The position numbers and the translations under genes were made by a program. Positions 10,936-21,870 of a DNA stretch of 64,000 bases are shown piece after piece (the stretch's first letter is position 1; each line of letters opens with the position of its first letter). The notes beneath the pieces are model-generated. The model saw only the letters and a program-made list of their open reading frames with translations. It did not search any database and was not told where the DNA came from. The stretch is from Rhynchobatus australiae (Eukaryota). The stretch covers positions 10,223,658-10,287,657 of the forward strand of contig JAUZTB010000073.1 of assembly GCA_034780895.1 (NCBI GenBank). The letters are read 5' to 3'.

Positions 10936-13037
10936 CCCCTCAGAGACCAGAGTAGACCTTCTTAGGGTTAAGGCATTTCTGGAAGTTAAGTGGCAGTGAA
11001 TTGGACAAGTAAATGAATATTCAACAAGTGAGTGAAAATAAAAAAAAAACTGCGGGNNNNNNNNNNNNNNNNNNNNNNNNNNNNNNNNNNNNNNNNNNNN
11101 NNNNNNNNNNNNNNNNNNNNNNNNNNNNNNNNNNNNNNNNNNNNNNNNNNNNNNNNNNNNNNNNNNNNNNNNNNNNNNNNNNNNNNNNNNNNNNNNNNNN
11201 NNNNNNNNNNNNNNNNNNNNNNNNNNNNNNNNNNNNNNNNNNNNNNNNNNNNNNNNNNNNNNNTGCTAGATATTCTCTTCATAATAGACCTGTCAAAGCT
11301 CGCAATCAAAATTTGAAGGGCGAATGCTTTTAGTTCATATTTCAAGTGCAACTTTCACTAAGAGTATTATTTTTTAATTAAACAGAATTTTAAACCTGTT
11401 ATAAATTTAGCAGCAGGATGCTGCTACATCTATTGAGGAGTCACATGGATAATGGGTAATTACAAGTTTCATGTATATTCTAATATTTGCTTCATTTAGC
11501 AAACTTATGACAAAATAAATGAAGCCATTTATGTTCTTTCAAAGTGATCCCTTGACTACCATCTTATTTCAAACTTCTCTTAAGTGTGCTGCCAGCCATT
11601 AATATGTTCGATGCACAAGCATGATTTCAGGAAACAAAGTTTTACATCATTTGTATGAGCACAACGAAATAAACTGTTCCTAATATTTCTACTTATTAGA
11701 CCACATTGAGCAGCAAAATCAGAAAATAATGCCCAGGAGCCTCCAATTATCTGCACATTTTTGAACACAAGAGAATTTGGTCTCTGTGCCTGCATTGTTC
11801 TGTAGATAATGCTGGAAAGTGCTTTGAAGCACTCCCATGGCAGTTTTGAAACTCTCACTGCTCATGACTTCCCTTTGCTATCTCATGCACCTAGAACTGG
11901 CAATTTAGTAGAGTGGAGCAAAGAAAAGTTAGGAATGAATGATATCTGTCCGACACTAGTGACAATGTGCTTCAACATTTAGTTTGCTTTTGGGATGCAA
12001 GTCGTCTCATTCCTGAACTTCTCTTGAAATAAATCAACTAAAATGCTCTTGGAGTGTTTGCAAACAGTTTATTTCATTGAACCAAGACTGAGTTCAAATA
12101 AGAAAAATGATCCTGTTCAGAAAACTAGAGAATCGTTATGCAGTGAATGACTAATTCATTCCTCATTGTTTTGACAATGGTGGGAATGTTACATCGATCA
12201 TATCAAGGAGAAAGGAAGAGTTATTGCTTTGCCAGCAGTGGAGCACAACAAATTCATATCTCAATTATCTTACGCTGGGGTCCAATGCGCCAGCATGGAG
12301 GTATTAAACAAAGCAGTTTTAATACTACCAGGGAGAATAACAAGAATGTGGTGAACATTCTAATGAATTATCAGGGCAGGATCCATATCAGTAAACTTCC
12401 AATTAGTACATTTTTGAGAAAGTTGAATTGTAAATTTCTAGAAAACACTCACTTGAGTCTACTCCTTTATTCGGACTGTTCAAAACCAGAGTAACTGAGA
12501 ACAAGCTGACTTGCAGGTGCCCCAATGTTCCACATTCAGAGTTTATGATTTATAATAAGGACCCATTAATAAATCATTCTCTTAAATTAAAATTCAGCTA
12601 AGTCCATAGAGGGTTTGGAATACTCCAAAGTAGATTTATAGACACACGGAGAGCATTTGCTCATAATTTCAGTTGCTGAAACATTAATCATTATGCATGT
12701 AATGGGAGTTCTGATATACCTCCATTTTCTGAATGTGCATTGTTCAACACACAAAGCCGGAATGTGAAACCTAATTACACCAGTGAACATTGGAGAGACA
12801 GGATTAATATCACCTTAATGTCTGCTACTGACCAGCGTGAAGCAGCTATTATGATGAGGTAATTACTTCGGAAATCAAAATAAAATAAAGAAATGGACAA
12901 TTTTGCAGAGATGAGATTTTCAGGCTGGAAAGCCTTCAGCTTGCCAAAACATGTTTGTTGTATAAAAGAAATCCTAGATTATAACAAACAAAAATTAAAT
13001 GATGTGTGGACTTTTGAGGAAAATATCAAATTAAAAG

Positions 13038-13365
13038 GAACATAGAACAGTACAGCACAATACAGGCCCTTCGGCCCACAAGGTTGTGCCGACCTTTAAA
13101 CCTTGCCTAAGGCTATCTAACCCCTTCTTCCCACATATCCCTCTATTTTAAATTCCTTCATATGCTTATCTAGCAATCTCTTGAATTTGACCAATCCACC
13201 TGCTTCCACCACTGCCCCAGGCAGTGTATTCCATGCCCCAACCACTCTCTGGGTAAAAAACCTTCCTCTGATATCTCTCTTGAAATTCCCACCCATTACT
13301 TCAAAGCAATGCCCTCTTAAATTGTGCATTGGTGCCCTGGGAAAGAGGTGCTGGCTGTCCACTCT
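13038..13365 (-). mobile_element. CR1/HER1 LINE 3' end, well preserved, truncated by gap
   Basis: ORF 13117-13362 reads DSQHLFPR....RGH.F.V.GG.FKRDIRGRFFTQRVVGAWNTLPGAVVEAG...FKRLLDKHM. Tail gaacatagaacagtacagcaca..ggcccttcggccc. Confidence 0.95.
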
Positions 13366-13695
13366 NNNNNNNNNNNNNNNNNNNNNNNNNNNNNNNNNNN
13401 NNNNNNNNNNNNNNNNNNNNNNNNNNNNNNNNNNNNNNNNNNNNNNNNNNNNNNNNNNNNNNNNNAGTTATACTGAAAAAAAATCATTGAAACTGGAGGA
13501 TGTGCACAGATTTCTATCCATCTCCTGCTTTCCTGTCCTTCCACCAAATGAAGTCAGGGGAACGATTAATATCTCTTGTGTATTTTGTTTTGTTACTAAT
13601 TATATGCATTGTTCGGAGTAATCTGAAAAAAACTAAAGGCCACGTAGTTGTGCACGAAAGAACTGGGAAATGAAACCAAAAGATGTTAATAACCT

Positions 13696-13850
13696 AGTTA
13701 AAGGGAAACAAGACCTGTGGTGGGTTATAGTATGACATCAACTCTGTATTCATTGCATTGATTTACAGGTGAGACATGCTAGATGTGAAGGGAGGTGAAT
13801 ATGACTCCAACTCTCTAACTGCTGTTCAGTATGATGCCAGGTTTATATTG
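13696..13850. repeat. Unclassified ~150-bp dispersed repeat, copy 2
   Basis: Direct homology to 912-1059 with one 8-nt indel and CpG-to-TpG changes. Confidence 0.9.
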
Positions 13851-14304
13851 ATATTCTGAAACTGAAGCTATTCCCTCCTTGAAGGTTTTAGAAAGGCCAT
13901 TCTTCAACTAAGTCAAATATTGTTGACATCAAAATTGAATCCACTTTATTAAATTGGGTTTCAGTAATAAACCACTGAGCTTAAATGAACAGTATCTGTG
14001 TAATGGCTTTACAATAAGAATGCTTTTATATTCAATCAGAGATTGGTAGCACCTTGGAGAGAGAGGTAAAAAGGAATAGTGCACATTAGTCTCAATTGCA
14101 GTAAGTGGAATTTTTGACATTAATTAAGGTGTGGTGAGGCAGGTGATTCCTGGACAGGTTTCGGGTTAATTTACCAAGCAACTGAAAACAGGTATAACTT
14201 TGGACAAGAAAAGTATGATTCCAAATGGAAAGGTTACTTGNNNNNNNNNNNNNNNNNNNNNNNNNNNNNNNNNNNNNNNNNNNNNNNNNNNNNNCTGATA
14301 CATG

Positions 14305-14450
14305 CCATATTATATTTCCACCAATATCCATTACAAACTCACATAGCCCATAAGGAACATCTACACCATTATTCCATTTCCATGGAACTGTGACCATCCA
14401 ACTTCTCAGGCATTTTCCCTTCTCTTTGAACACTGCTATTACACCCATCC
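14305..14450 (+). mobile_element. Penelope-like element RT fragment
   Basis: tccaccaatatccattacaaactcaca reads STNIHYKLT, similar to the PLE RT motif STDIHYKPTDSHSYL. A PLE terminal repeat follows at 15240-15340. Confidence 0.55.
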
Positions 14451-14505
14451 AATTCTCTGCCCTTACAAACTTCTACTTAATGGAAATCTGAAGTAGAATT
14501 CATTG

Positions 14506-15138
14506 TGCTACGTACCAGCAACAAAAGAAACACCCCGAGTCATGTATAAGTGTTAGAAACTATTTTATTAAATACTACTTATGATAATAAGAAAAATAAA
14601 AAAATGTAAGATATTAAATGTTAACCCCAAAAATTAAACTCGAAGTGTGCGTGTGGCAAATTCCCAAACTCCAAGTCCAGGAATAGGTCTCAACGTTCAG
14701 TTCAGCAAGTCATAAGGTGAAACGTGAGCAAAGGCTTTTGCAAAACCACCGTTGTCTGAAGAGAAAATGTAGAGAGAAAATAGAGAGAAGTTACAAAATC
14801 CAAATGTTCCACAATGGAACCCATACGACACCTCAGTCACGGATGATCTCCACTGCTTTGTTCTGAAGTCTTTGCTACACCGAAAGGCATTTGAGACGTG
14901 GCCATGCACAGAAATACCTGTTTCCTTCTACAGGTTAATGACAGAGTGGACTCCACTTGATTATTCCAAAAATCCATACGTGGATTGTAGTGACAGACAC
15001 AGTTGTTGTTTTTCATCCATTGATACAGAGACCAGCAGGCAGTGTGTCTCTCTCCCTCTTTCTTTTCTCTGACTGAACCAAAACGTCAGCATGTTGTTGT
15101 CTTCTGCTGTTATCGTACTGTCGGGGGNNNNNNNNNNC

Positions 15139-15191
<53 letters not shown>

Positions 15192-15220
15192 CTGTGTAAA
15201 GGGACATTCACCAAATAGCA
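14506..15220 (-). mobile_element. Putative solo LTR containing a C-run/(CA)n tract
   Basis: TGCTA...TAGCA inverted termini and minus-strand AATAAA (~14563-14569). Sits between two pieces of a Penelope relic. No target-site duplication seen. Confidence 0.6.
15138..15189. repeat. Poly-C plus (CA)n microsatellite
   Basis: Seen directly, next to a 10-N gap. Confidence 0.95.
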
Positions 15221-15239
15221 ACCTAATCCTTAACAATTG

Positions 15240-15340
15240 CCTGTTAATGAAAGGTCATCAACTAACATGTTGATTCAATTTCTCTCTCCATAGATGCTGC
15301 CTAATCAGAATATTACCAGAATTATCCTTTTGTTTTCAAA
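15240..15340. mobile_element. Penelope-derived terminal repeat (half copy)
   Basis: aatgaaaggtcatcaac..tttctctctccatagatgctgcc..tattaccagaatt. Confidence 0.65.
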
Positions 15341-15525
15341 TTATGTAGATTCGAGTTGGCAATGGTTAACTGTGAGGCTTTTTGGAAAAGAACAATGATA
15401 ATACAGTTTTGATTGGTTCAAGAGTGATAATTCAGAAGTACATGATTTAGATTTGATTTCAAGATATCTGCTTTCCACTTGTCTAATAGCGCAACTCCAG
15501 CACCTACAAACACATTTTTCATTAC

Positions 15526-15622
15526 CTTTGGCGGTCTGAAGTTGGATTTCTTCAAAATCCATACGGTATTCAACACGACACACTGGCAGTGCCTTGATGA
15601 AGCTTACAGACAATTGACAGAT
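15526..15622 (-). CDS. Candidate host-gene exon (97 nt), product unidentified: ICQLSVSFIKALPVCRVEYRMDFEEIQLQTAK, or 5'UTR + MDFEEIQLQTAK from the ATG at 15562
   Basis: Minus strand has a pyrimidine tract and branch-like cctttatatcttttcctaatatttaacagtag acceptor (CAGTAG tandem) and an AAG|GTAATG donor. Only one frame is open, CpGs are retained, and no repeat is recognised. Confidence 0.4.
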
Positions 15623-17864
15623 CTACTGTTAAATATTAGGAAAAGATATAAAGGTGCAATTTACCAACAATAGGATAGATCTGTCACTTCTTCAAAAGCT
15701 GAAAATGATAAAGTGCAATGAAAATAGACAGGAAATATTAAGCGGAAGGAAATAATAAGACTCTGCTTAATGTTGATCCTATGCTGAAGTGGTCTACAAA
15801 AACAAACCACTGAAGTTATTTTGCTTCCAAATAGATTTGTTGTTGCAGTGAAGCATTATGTTAGGTATAAAATTAGAATAACATTAATACTAATAGCACC
15901 AGTACTCACAAGAGTAATCCTTACAGTGACTAATATCTGCATAATATTGCCTTCAATAAGTCTGGCGGACCATTAATACATAATGAGCTTTCCTTCTGTT
16001 CCCTCTGGGTTTCTCCGAGCGTTGGTTTAAGGCAGCCAGTAATGAATTACAAATGTATCTTTATCTTATGCAGTATTTGTAGTGGAGCCATTAAATCATT
16101 TAATGGATAGTCAATCAGGGCAGAATTGGCAGAATGCAGAGTTTGTGTTCATATTTATTGTTAACTAAATTTCATAGCATTGATTGTGAAAAATTGCAAA
16201 CATGTCTGGATGTGTATTAACTGCTTGAACTTGGATATCTTTACAACATGTTAAATAAATTTATGTATTAAATAATTGGTGATTCCAAAGCATTTGGGGT
16301 TGTCTAGCTCTGAGCTTCTCTGTTTGAACTGCCTTCTTCAATTCCCTTTGGTATTGAGCAAATGCATCATTTGAATCAGGAAGTGTCAAGCAAAGTAAAT
16401 GTCAGCTTTCAGCAACAGGAACAGGCAGTCTGCAGACCTCACCCAGCTCTATCCACTAATTTAACCCAATTGCAACTTGAGTTAGTTCAACAAAATTAGC
16501 CAATTAAATAGCTGCTCTCAGTTGCTATGCCTTGAGATTCAATGGGTGGCTTTATTCGTAGTAATTCTAGCTTATTATGGCACTGTGGAAATATTATCAA
16601 AAGCCAGGGTTGTAAATGTCTCTGTAAATTGGAGGGACACAAAAGATACTCAGTATTTAACAGTGGAGTTGCAATTTTGTCCATTATGTGAGATAATAAT
16701 TATAAAATTCTAATTCCCCTTCTATTTGCTGCATTAGTTAATTGCAAAGTGGTTGATTTTTTTGAAAAACACTTTCAACATGTGNNNNNNNNNNNNNNNN
16801 NNNNNNNNNNNNNNNNNNNNNNNNNNNNNNNNNNNNNNNNNNNNNNNNNNNNNNNNNNNNNNNNNNNNNNNNNNNNNNNNNNNNNNNNNNNNNNNNNNNN
16901 NNNNNNNNNNNNNNNNNNNNNNNNNNNNNNNNNNNNNNNNNNNNNNNNNNNNNNNNNNNNNNNNNNNNNNNNNNNNNNNNNNNNNNNNNNNNNNNNNNNN
17001 NNNNNNNNNNNNNNNNNNNNNNNNNNNNNNNNNNNNNNNNNNNNNNNNNNNNNNNNNNNNNNNNNNNNNNNNNNNNNNNNNNNNNNNNNNNNNNNNNNNN
17101 NNNNNNNNNNNNNNNNNNNNNNNNNNNNNNNNNNNNNNNNNNNNNNNNNNNNNNNNNNNNNNNNNNNNATGGTCCTGTGCTCAAATAGATACAAACTCAT
17201 ATGTAGATTCAATAACTGGGAATAAATGCAACAACAGTATCAATATAACCAACCCGCCTCTATATTGTGTGGAAGCTTTAATCACAATGCATTTAATTCT
17301 TCTTCAGTTATTGCTGCAAAAAACAGTGGTAATATGGTCGAAACGATTAGCCTTCATAATCTAATATTCAAGCTTTAACTATTATCAAAATACAATGTAT
17401 CTTCCGCTACGTTTGCATCAGTGATCTATACTGAAGTCCTATCCCAAGTTCAAAGTTCCTGTCCCTACCTATAAATCCTTCCATCTTCCCATCCCTGCAG
17501 TCTCCACTACACCTATCTCCACCCCCAGAATCAATGTTATTATTATATTAGTTTCTGTGCATCACCACTGCCCATCAGAATCCTCCCCTTGACCTATCAT
17601 TAGTGTGGTAGAATTTTCAACAAAATCAGGTCTTCACTAAATGCATTCATACACATACTGACTCCTGCTTCTCTAATTTTATTTGGATCACAATCCTACA
17701 CTCCTTACTGGTTCATTGTCCAATTGAAACATATATCTATTTGTATGTTAGTAATATGTAAATACTAATTTATCTTTTTACTGAGATCATTCATTTGATT
17801 TTTTAATTACCTGAAAGAATGCCTCCAAGGTCTAATAGATTTACCTACAGTAGTATAAGGATGA

Positions 17865-18222
17865 AGAACATAACGAATAGAAGCAGGATTAGGCCATTCA
17901 GCCCATCGAGTCTACTCTGCCATTTGATCATGGCTGATTTATTTTTCCCTCTCAACCCCATTCTCCTGCCTTCTCCCCGCAACCTTTGACACTCTTACTA
18001 ATCAAGAACCTAGCAACCTCTGCTTCAAATATACCCGAAGACTTGGCCTCTACAGCCATCTGTGGTGTTGAATTACACTGATTCACCACCTTCTGGCGAA
18101 AGAAATTCCTCCTCATCTCTGTTCGAAAGGGACTTCCTTGTATTCCACGGCCGTCCCCTCTGGTCCTAGACTCTCCCACTACTGGAAACACCCTCTCCAA
18201 GTCCACTCTATCCAGGCCTTCA
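17865..18222 (-). mobile_element. CR1 LINE 3' end
   Basis: ORF 17952-18206 reads DLERVFPVVGESRTRG...IQG.PFRTEMRRNFFRQKVVN..NS.PQMAVEAKS. Tail gaagcaggattaggccattcagcccatcgag. Confidence 0.93.
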
Positions 18223-18224
18223 GT

Positions 18225-18815
18225 GAAAAAGGATTTGAGTACAATGATAGGGGCATCTTGTTTTCATTTTGTAGAGGCCTAATTAGACCATTCATAATAT
18301 TATGAATATTGTGTATAGATTTGGTCTCTCTACCTATACACTTAAGATAGACGAAGTGCGGTGAAGGTTCACCATATTGATTCCTGAGTTGGTGGGCATT
18401 TGTGTGACGAGAGACTAAGCAGACAAGATCTGCATTCACTTGAATTTAGAAGAATGGGAGGGATCTTGTTGAAACACATAACATTCTTCTGGTGTTTGAC
18501 AGGGAAGGTACAGAGTCGATCTTTCTACAAGCTCGGATGTCCAGAACCAGGATTCACTGTCTCAGGTTAAGGAGTTATCCACTCCGGATAGAGGTGAGAA
18601 GGAATGTTTTTCATCCAGAGAGTGGAAAGTCTTTGGAATTCCCTGTCCAAGAGGGCTGTTGTGGCCTCAGTCACTAAGTATATTCAAGACAGAGATCAAC
18701 TGACTTATAGACATTAAGGCAAATGAAGAAACATGTGGTTGGGAGGTAAAAGATCAGCCATGATTTTGTTGAATGGAGCAGGCACATGGGGCCAAATGGC
18801 TTCCCTCTATTTCCA
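18225..18815 (+). mobile_element. CR1 LINE 3' fragment (older)
   Basis: GFEY, RGDL.ET..IL...DR, SRTR.H.LR...PLRIEVRRN.F motifs. Tail gatcagccatgat..gaatggagcaggc..gggccaaatggc. Confidence 0.88.
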
Positions 18816-19112
18816 ATGGTCTCCCTTCAGCCTCTTCCGTTTTGAAGAAAACATCCCCAAATCAGCCAGATCCCTCAAAACTACATTTCTCCAGCTATGA
18901 CAACATCTTGAAGACCTCCCCTCTGCTGTCACCACATCATTGTGAACCATTTGCTTGACAATGCAACTGTCTGGAAATAATTTTCATTGATTACTTTGGG
19001 AATACAAAAACAATCATGCTCTTGAATCTGTGTTATTTTGCACGTAAATTGAATTGTCAAGAGTATCATAAATGTTCATTGATTCAATTCTGCATTGTTC
19101 TCAATAGCTGAG

Positions 19113-19223
19113 TCATATTTTAGCAAAGCATTTGACTGCATGATGATAAAAATCACAGGAACGCTTGAGGTCAACGTGAGCAAGACTTTTGTTGGTTAGA
19201 TAGTATTCACTAGTTTCAGATTG
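19113..19223. repeat. ~110-bp locally duplicated segment, copy 1 (copy 2 at 20577-20702)
   Basis: tcatattttagcaaagcatttgactg..gagcaagacttttgttggttagata.tattcacta..tttcagattg occurs at both sites. Confidence 0.95.
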
Positions 19224-20379
19224 TGATGAGCAAGATATTTTTATGATTCTCTTAAATATATTACTTCTTTCTTTCCTACCTGAGCACCATCCGATTCTCC
19301 TTTCTTGGAAAAATTGGCCATTCAACCACGATGAAGAGCCTTTAATGCCAGTCCTTGGACAATTATGATATCACTTGGAGTATGTCGCTCTGTGACATAC
19401 ATTTTCCAGGGTGCTTTGGATCCTGAATTTGACCAAGATGATGACTGATGTACACACATCCATTTATGGCATGAATTCTGGAGTGAGTGAGGGAGACCAT
19501 ACCTCAGGTCACAGAATGCTTCAGTGCCAATGAGAAAGCATTTGCAATGTCAAGAATTTCTATAGATGGGGGGTAGTGCTCGGGTGTAAGAAGGAAGGGA
19601 ATGGGGTTTGGACCCTTGTGAGTTGTCAGGGCATTGGGGGAGGGGAAGGTTTAGCTGCAGCTGATTGGAGGGAAGATGTGATCAGGTGGGGTGAGGGTGG
19701 GGGGGTGATATTGAGTGTTGAAGACCCAAAGAGAAAGCAGCAGTGAGGGATTAATTAAAGGGCACCTACTTGTACTGGATTCCCAGCACCAGATTCCACA
19801 GGACAGAACTTACTCAGGCATTTTGCCTGTAAGGATGGTTGAAGATGTCCTCTCATATGTAGGTGTGCTTCTGTCGAGTGGCCCATGGTATTCGCAGACC
19901 ACGTGTGTTTGAGCAGAGTTCATAAGTAGCATCCAGAAGTGCTTTCCATGCCTGTGGGTATATGTCCAGGTGCCTCTGTGTTGTAATGAGCTGTATGGAT
20001 ACAGTATCAAAAAACAAAAGATCATACTTTATAACAGATGTGGTAAGAGCTCAATCATATCCAGTGATCAATATTCTGATGAAATTCTGTTACGTAGCAC
20101 AGTCATATCTTTAAGTGGTGCTAATCACTCACCATTTTGGACCCTTGTTTCACCTTGCCACAAATATACATGGGGATTGGTGCAGTGATCATGTAAATGA
20201 ACAGCCAGGACAAAGCTGGCAGGCTGCCTACACTTGAAGCTGATTTATTGCTCTTCACAATCTCTGTGGCTCTTTCTGATTGGGGTGTTGAGGGATCGGT
20301 ACAGAGGTAGAGATTGAAATTTCAAGAGTCTGTTCAGGGTGTTAATCAAAGTTGATGGTCTCTAATAAAGCTCCTTCCT

Positions 20380-21870
20380 GAATATCAAGAGGCTAAAATC
20401 TCTGGGAACCAAGGGAAAGTGGCAAGATGGATTAAAAATTGTCTCAATGGCAGAAAGCAAAGAGTAATGGTCAATGGGAACTTCACTGACTGAAAGAACG
20501 CATGCAGTGGGATTTGGCACGGCTCAGTTCTGGACTATTTGTTTATCATGGTATTTTAAGGAAACTGGAAGTTGGATCATATTTTAGCAAAGCATTTGAC
20601 TGTATGATGATAAAAAAAATCACAGGAACACTTGAAGTCAACATGAGCAAGACTTTTGTTGGTTAGATAATATTCACTACTTTCTGAACTCATTTCAGAT
20701 TGAGAGATAGAGACACAGGACACAATCAGCAAGGCTGGTAGTGGCACCAAAATTGCCAATGTGGTCAATGGTGAAGAAGGAAGTTCAAGGTTGCAGGAAG
20801 TGAATAAAAAAGTGGCAAATGGAATTCAGTCCAGAAAACTGTGGAGTAAAGCATTTGGTGAGGGCAAACAAGGCAAGTTCTTCAAAGTCTGATGGAACAG
20901 AGAGATCTTGAAGTGGATGCCCACACATCCCAAAGGTGGCAATACAGGAAGATAAGGTGGACAAAAGGTGTATAAAGATGCAAGATAGGCCCCAGCAAGA
21001 ACAGTGTGCGCAAAACTGGTCACCACACTTCAGGTAGGACATGATTTCTTGAGAAATTGTGAGGAGGAGATATTTATCAAAGATGTTACCAGGGCTGGAG
21101 AATTTTGGTTATGAGGCAAACCTGTCTTGGCTGGGGTTGACTCTTTTGGAACAAAGGAGGCTTAAGGGAAATTTATCTGATGGGCACCAAGTTGAGGATC
21201 AGATAGAATAGAGAGCATAGTGGTTAGTGTAATGCTATTACAGCGCCAGCAATTGGGGTTCAATTCCCGCCGCTGTCCATGAGGAGTTTGTACGTTCTCC
21301 CCGTGACTGCGTGAGTTTCCTCCGGGTGCTCCCACATTCCAAAGATGNNNNNNNNNNNNNNNNNNNNNNNNNNNNNNNNNNNNNNNNNNNNNNNNNNNNN
21401 NNNNNNNNNNNNNNNNNNNNNNNNNNNNNNNNNNNNNNNNNNNNNNNGCGTGAGTTTCCTCCGGGTGCTCCCACATTCCAAAGATGTATGGGTTCGCACG
21501 TTAACTTGGGTGTAACTGAGTGGCACGGGCTCGTTAGGCCAAAAGGGCCTATTACTATGCTGTCTAAATAAAGTTAAACTTGTTAAGTTAAAGACCTTCA
21601 TTTAGCAGAGAGCACGGTAACCAGTTAGCAAAGATATAAGATAAACTGGAGAAGGATGAATGGGCAGTTGAGAAAAAAAAATCACTCACACATAGTGGGG
21701 TGTTGGAACTCACAGCCAGAAAAGGGGTGGAGGCAAAAACTGTCCCCACTTGTAAAACGCACCTGGATGAGAACTTGGGGAGATGTGACCGTCCGTGCGA
21801 TAGATCAAGAGCTGGGAAGTGGGATAGACTTACAGTGCACTTTTGAACAGTGTAGATACAATGGGTTAAA
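20380..21870 (+). mobile_element. Decayed CR1 LINE RT and 3' region, interrupted by a 125-bp duplication and a V-SINE
   Basis: GNQGKVARWIKN.LNGRKQRVMVNG, GSVLG.LF, TISK....TKIANVVN, DL....H, W.PHFR.D and NFGYE motifs. Confidence 0.88.
21213..21585 (+). mobile_element. tRNA-derived V-SINE (HE1-like), spanning a 100-N gap
   Basis: A box tagtggttag, B box ggttcaattccc, V domain gagtttgtacgttctccccgtgactgcgtgagtttcctccgggtgctcc, and CR1-type tail gggcctattactatgctgt. Confidence 0.9.

Noticed and set aside
15479-15673. Plus-strand 64-aa ORF overlapping the exon candidate
   Set aside because: Splice signals favour the minus strand and the peptide is not recognisable.
19800-20110. Possible second Myb/SANT relic on the minus strand ending in a GTAAGT donor
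   Set aside because: Similarity is too weak to support by eye.
21213-21275. tRNA-like A and B boxes
   Set aside because: This is the head of a V-SINE; no complete cloverleaf, so not a tRNA gene.
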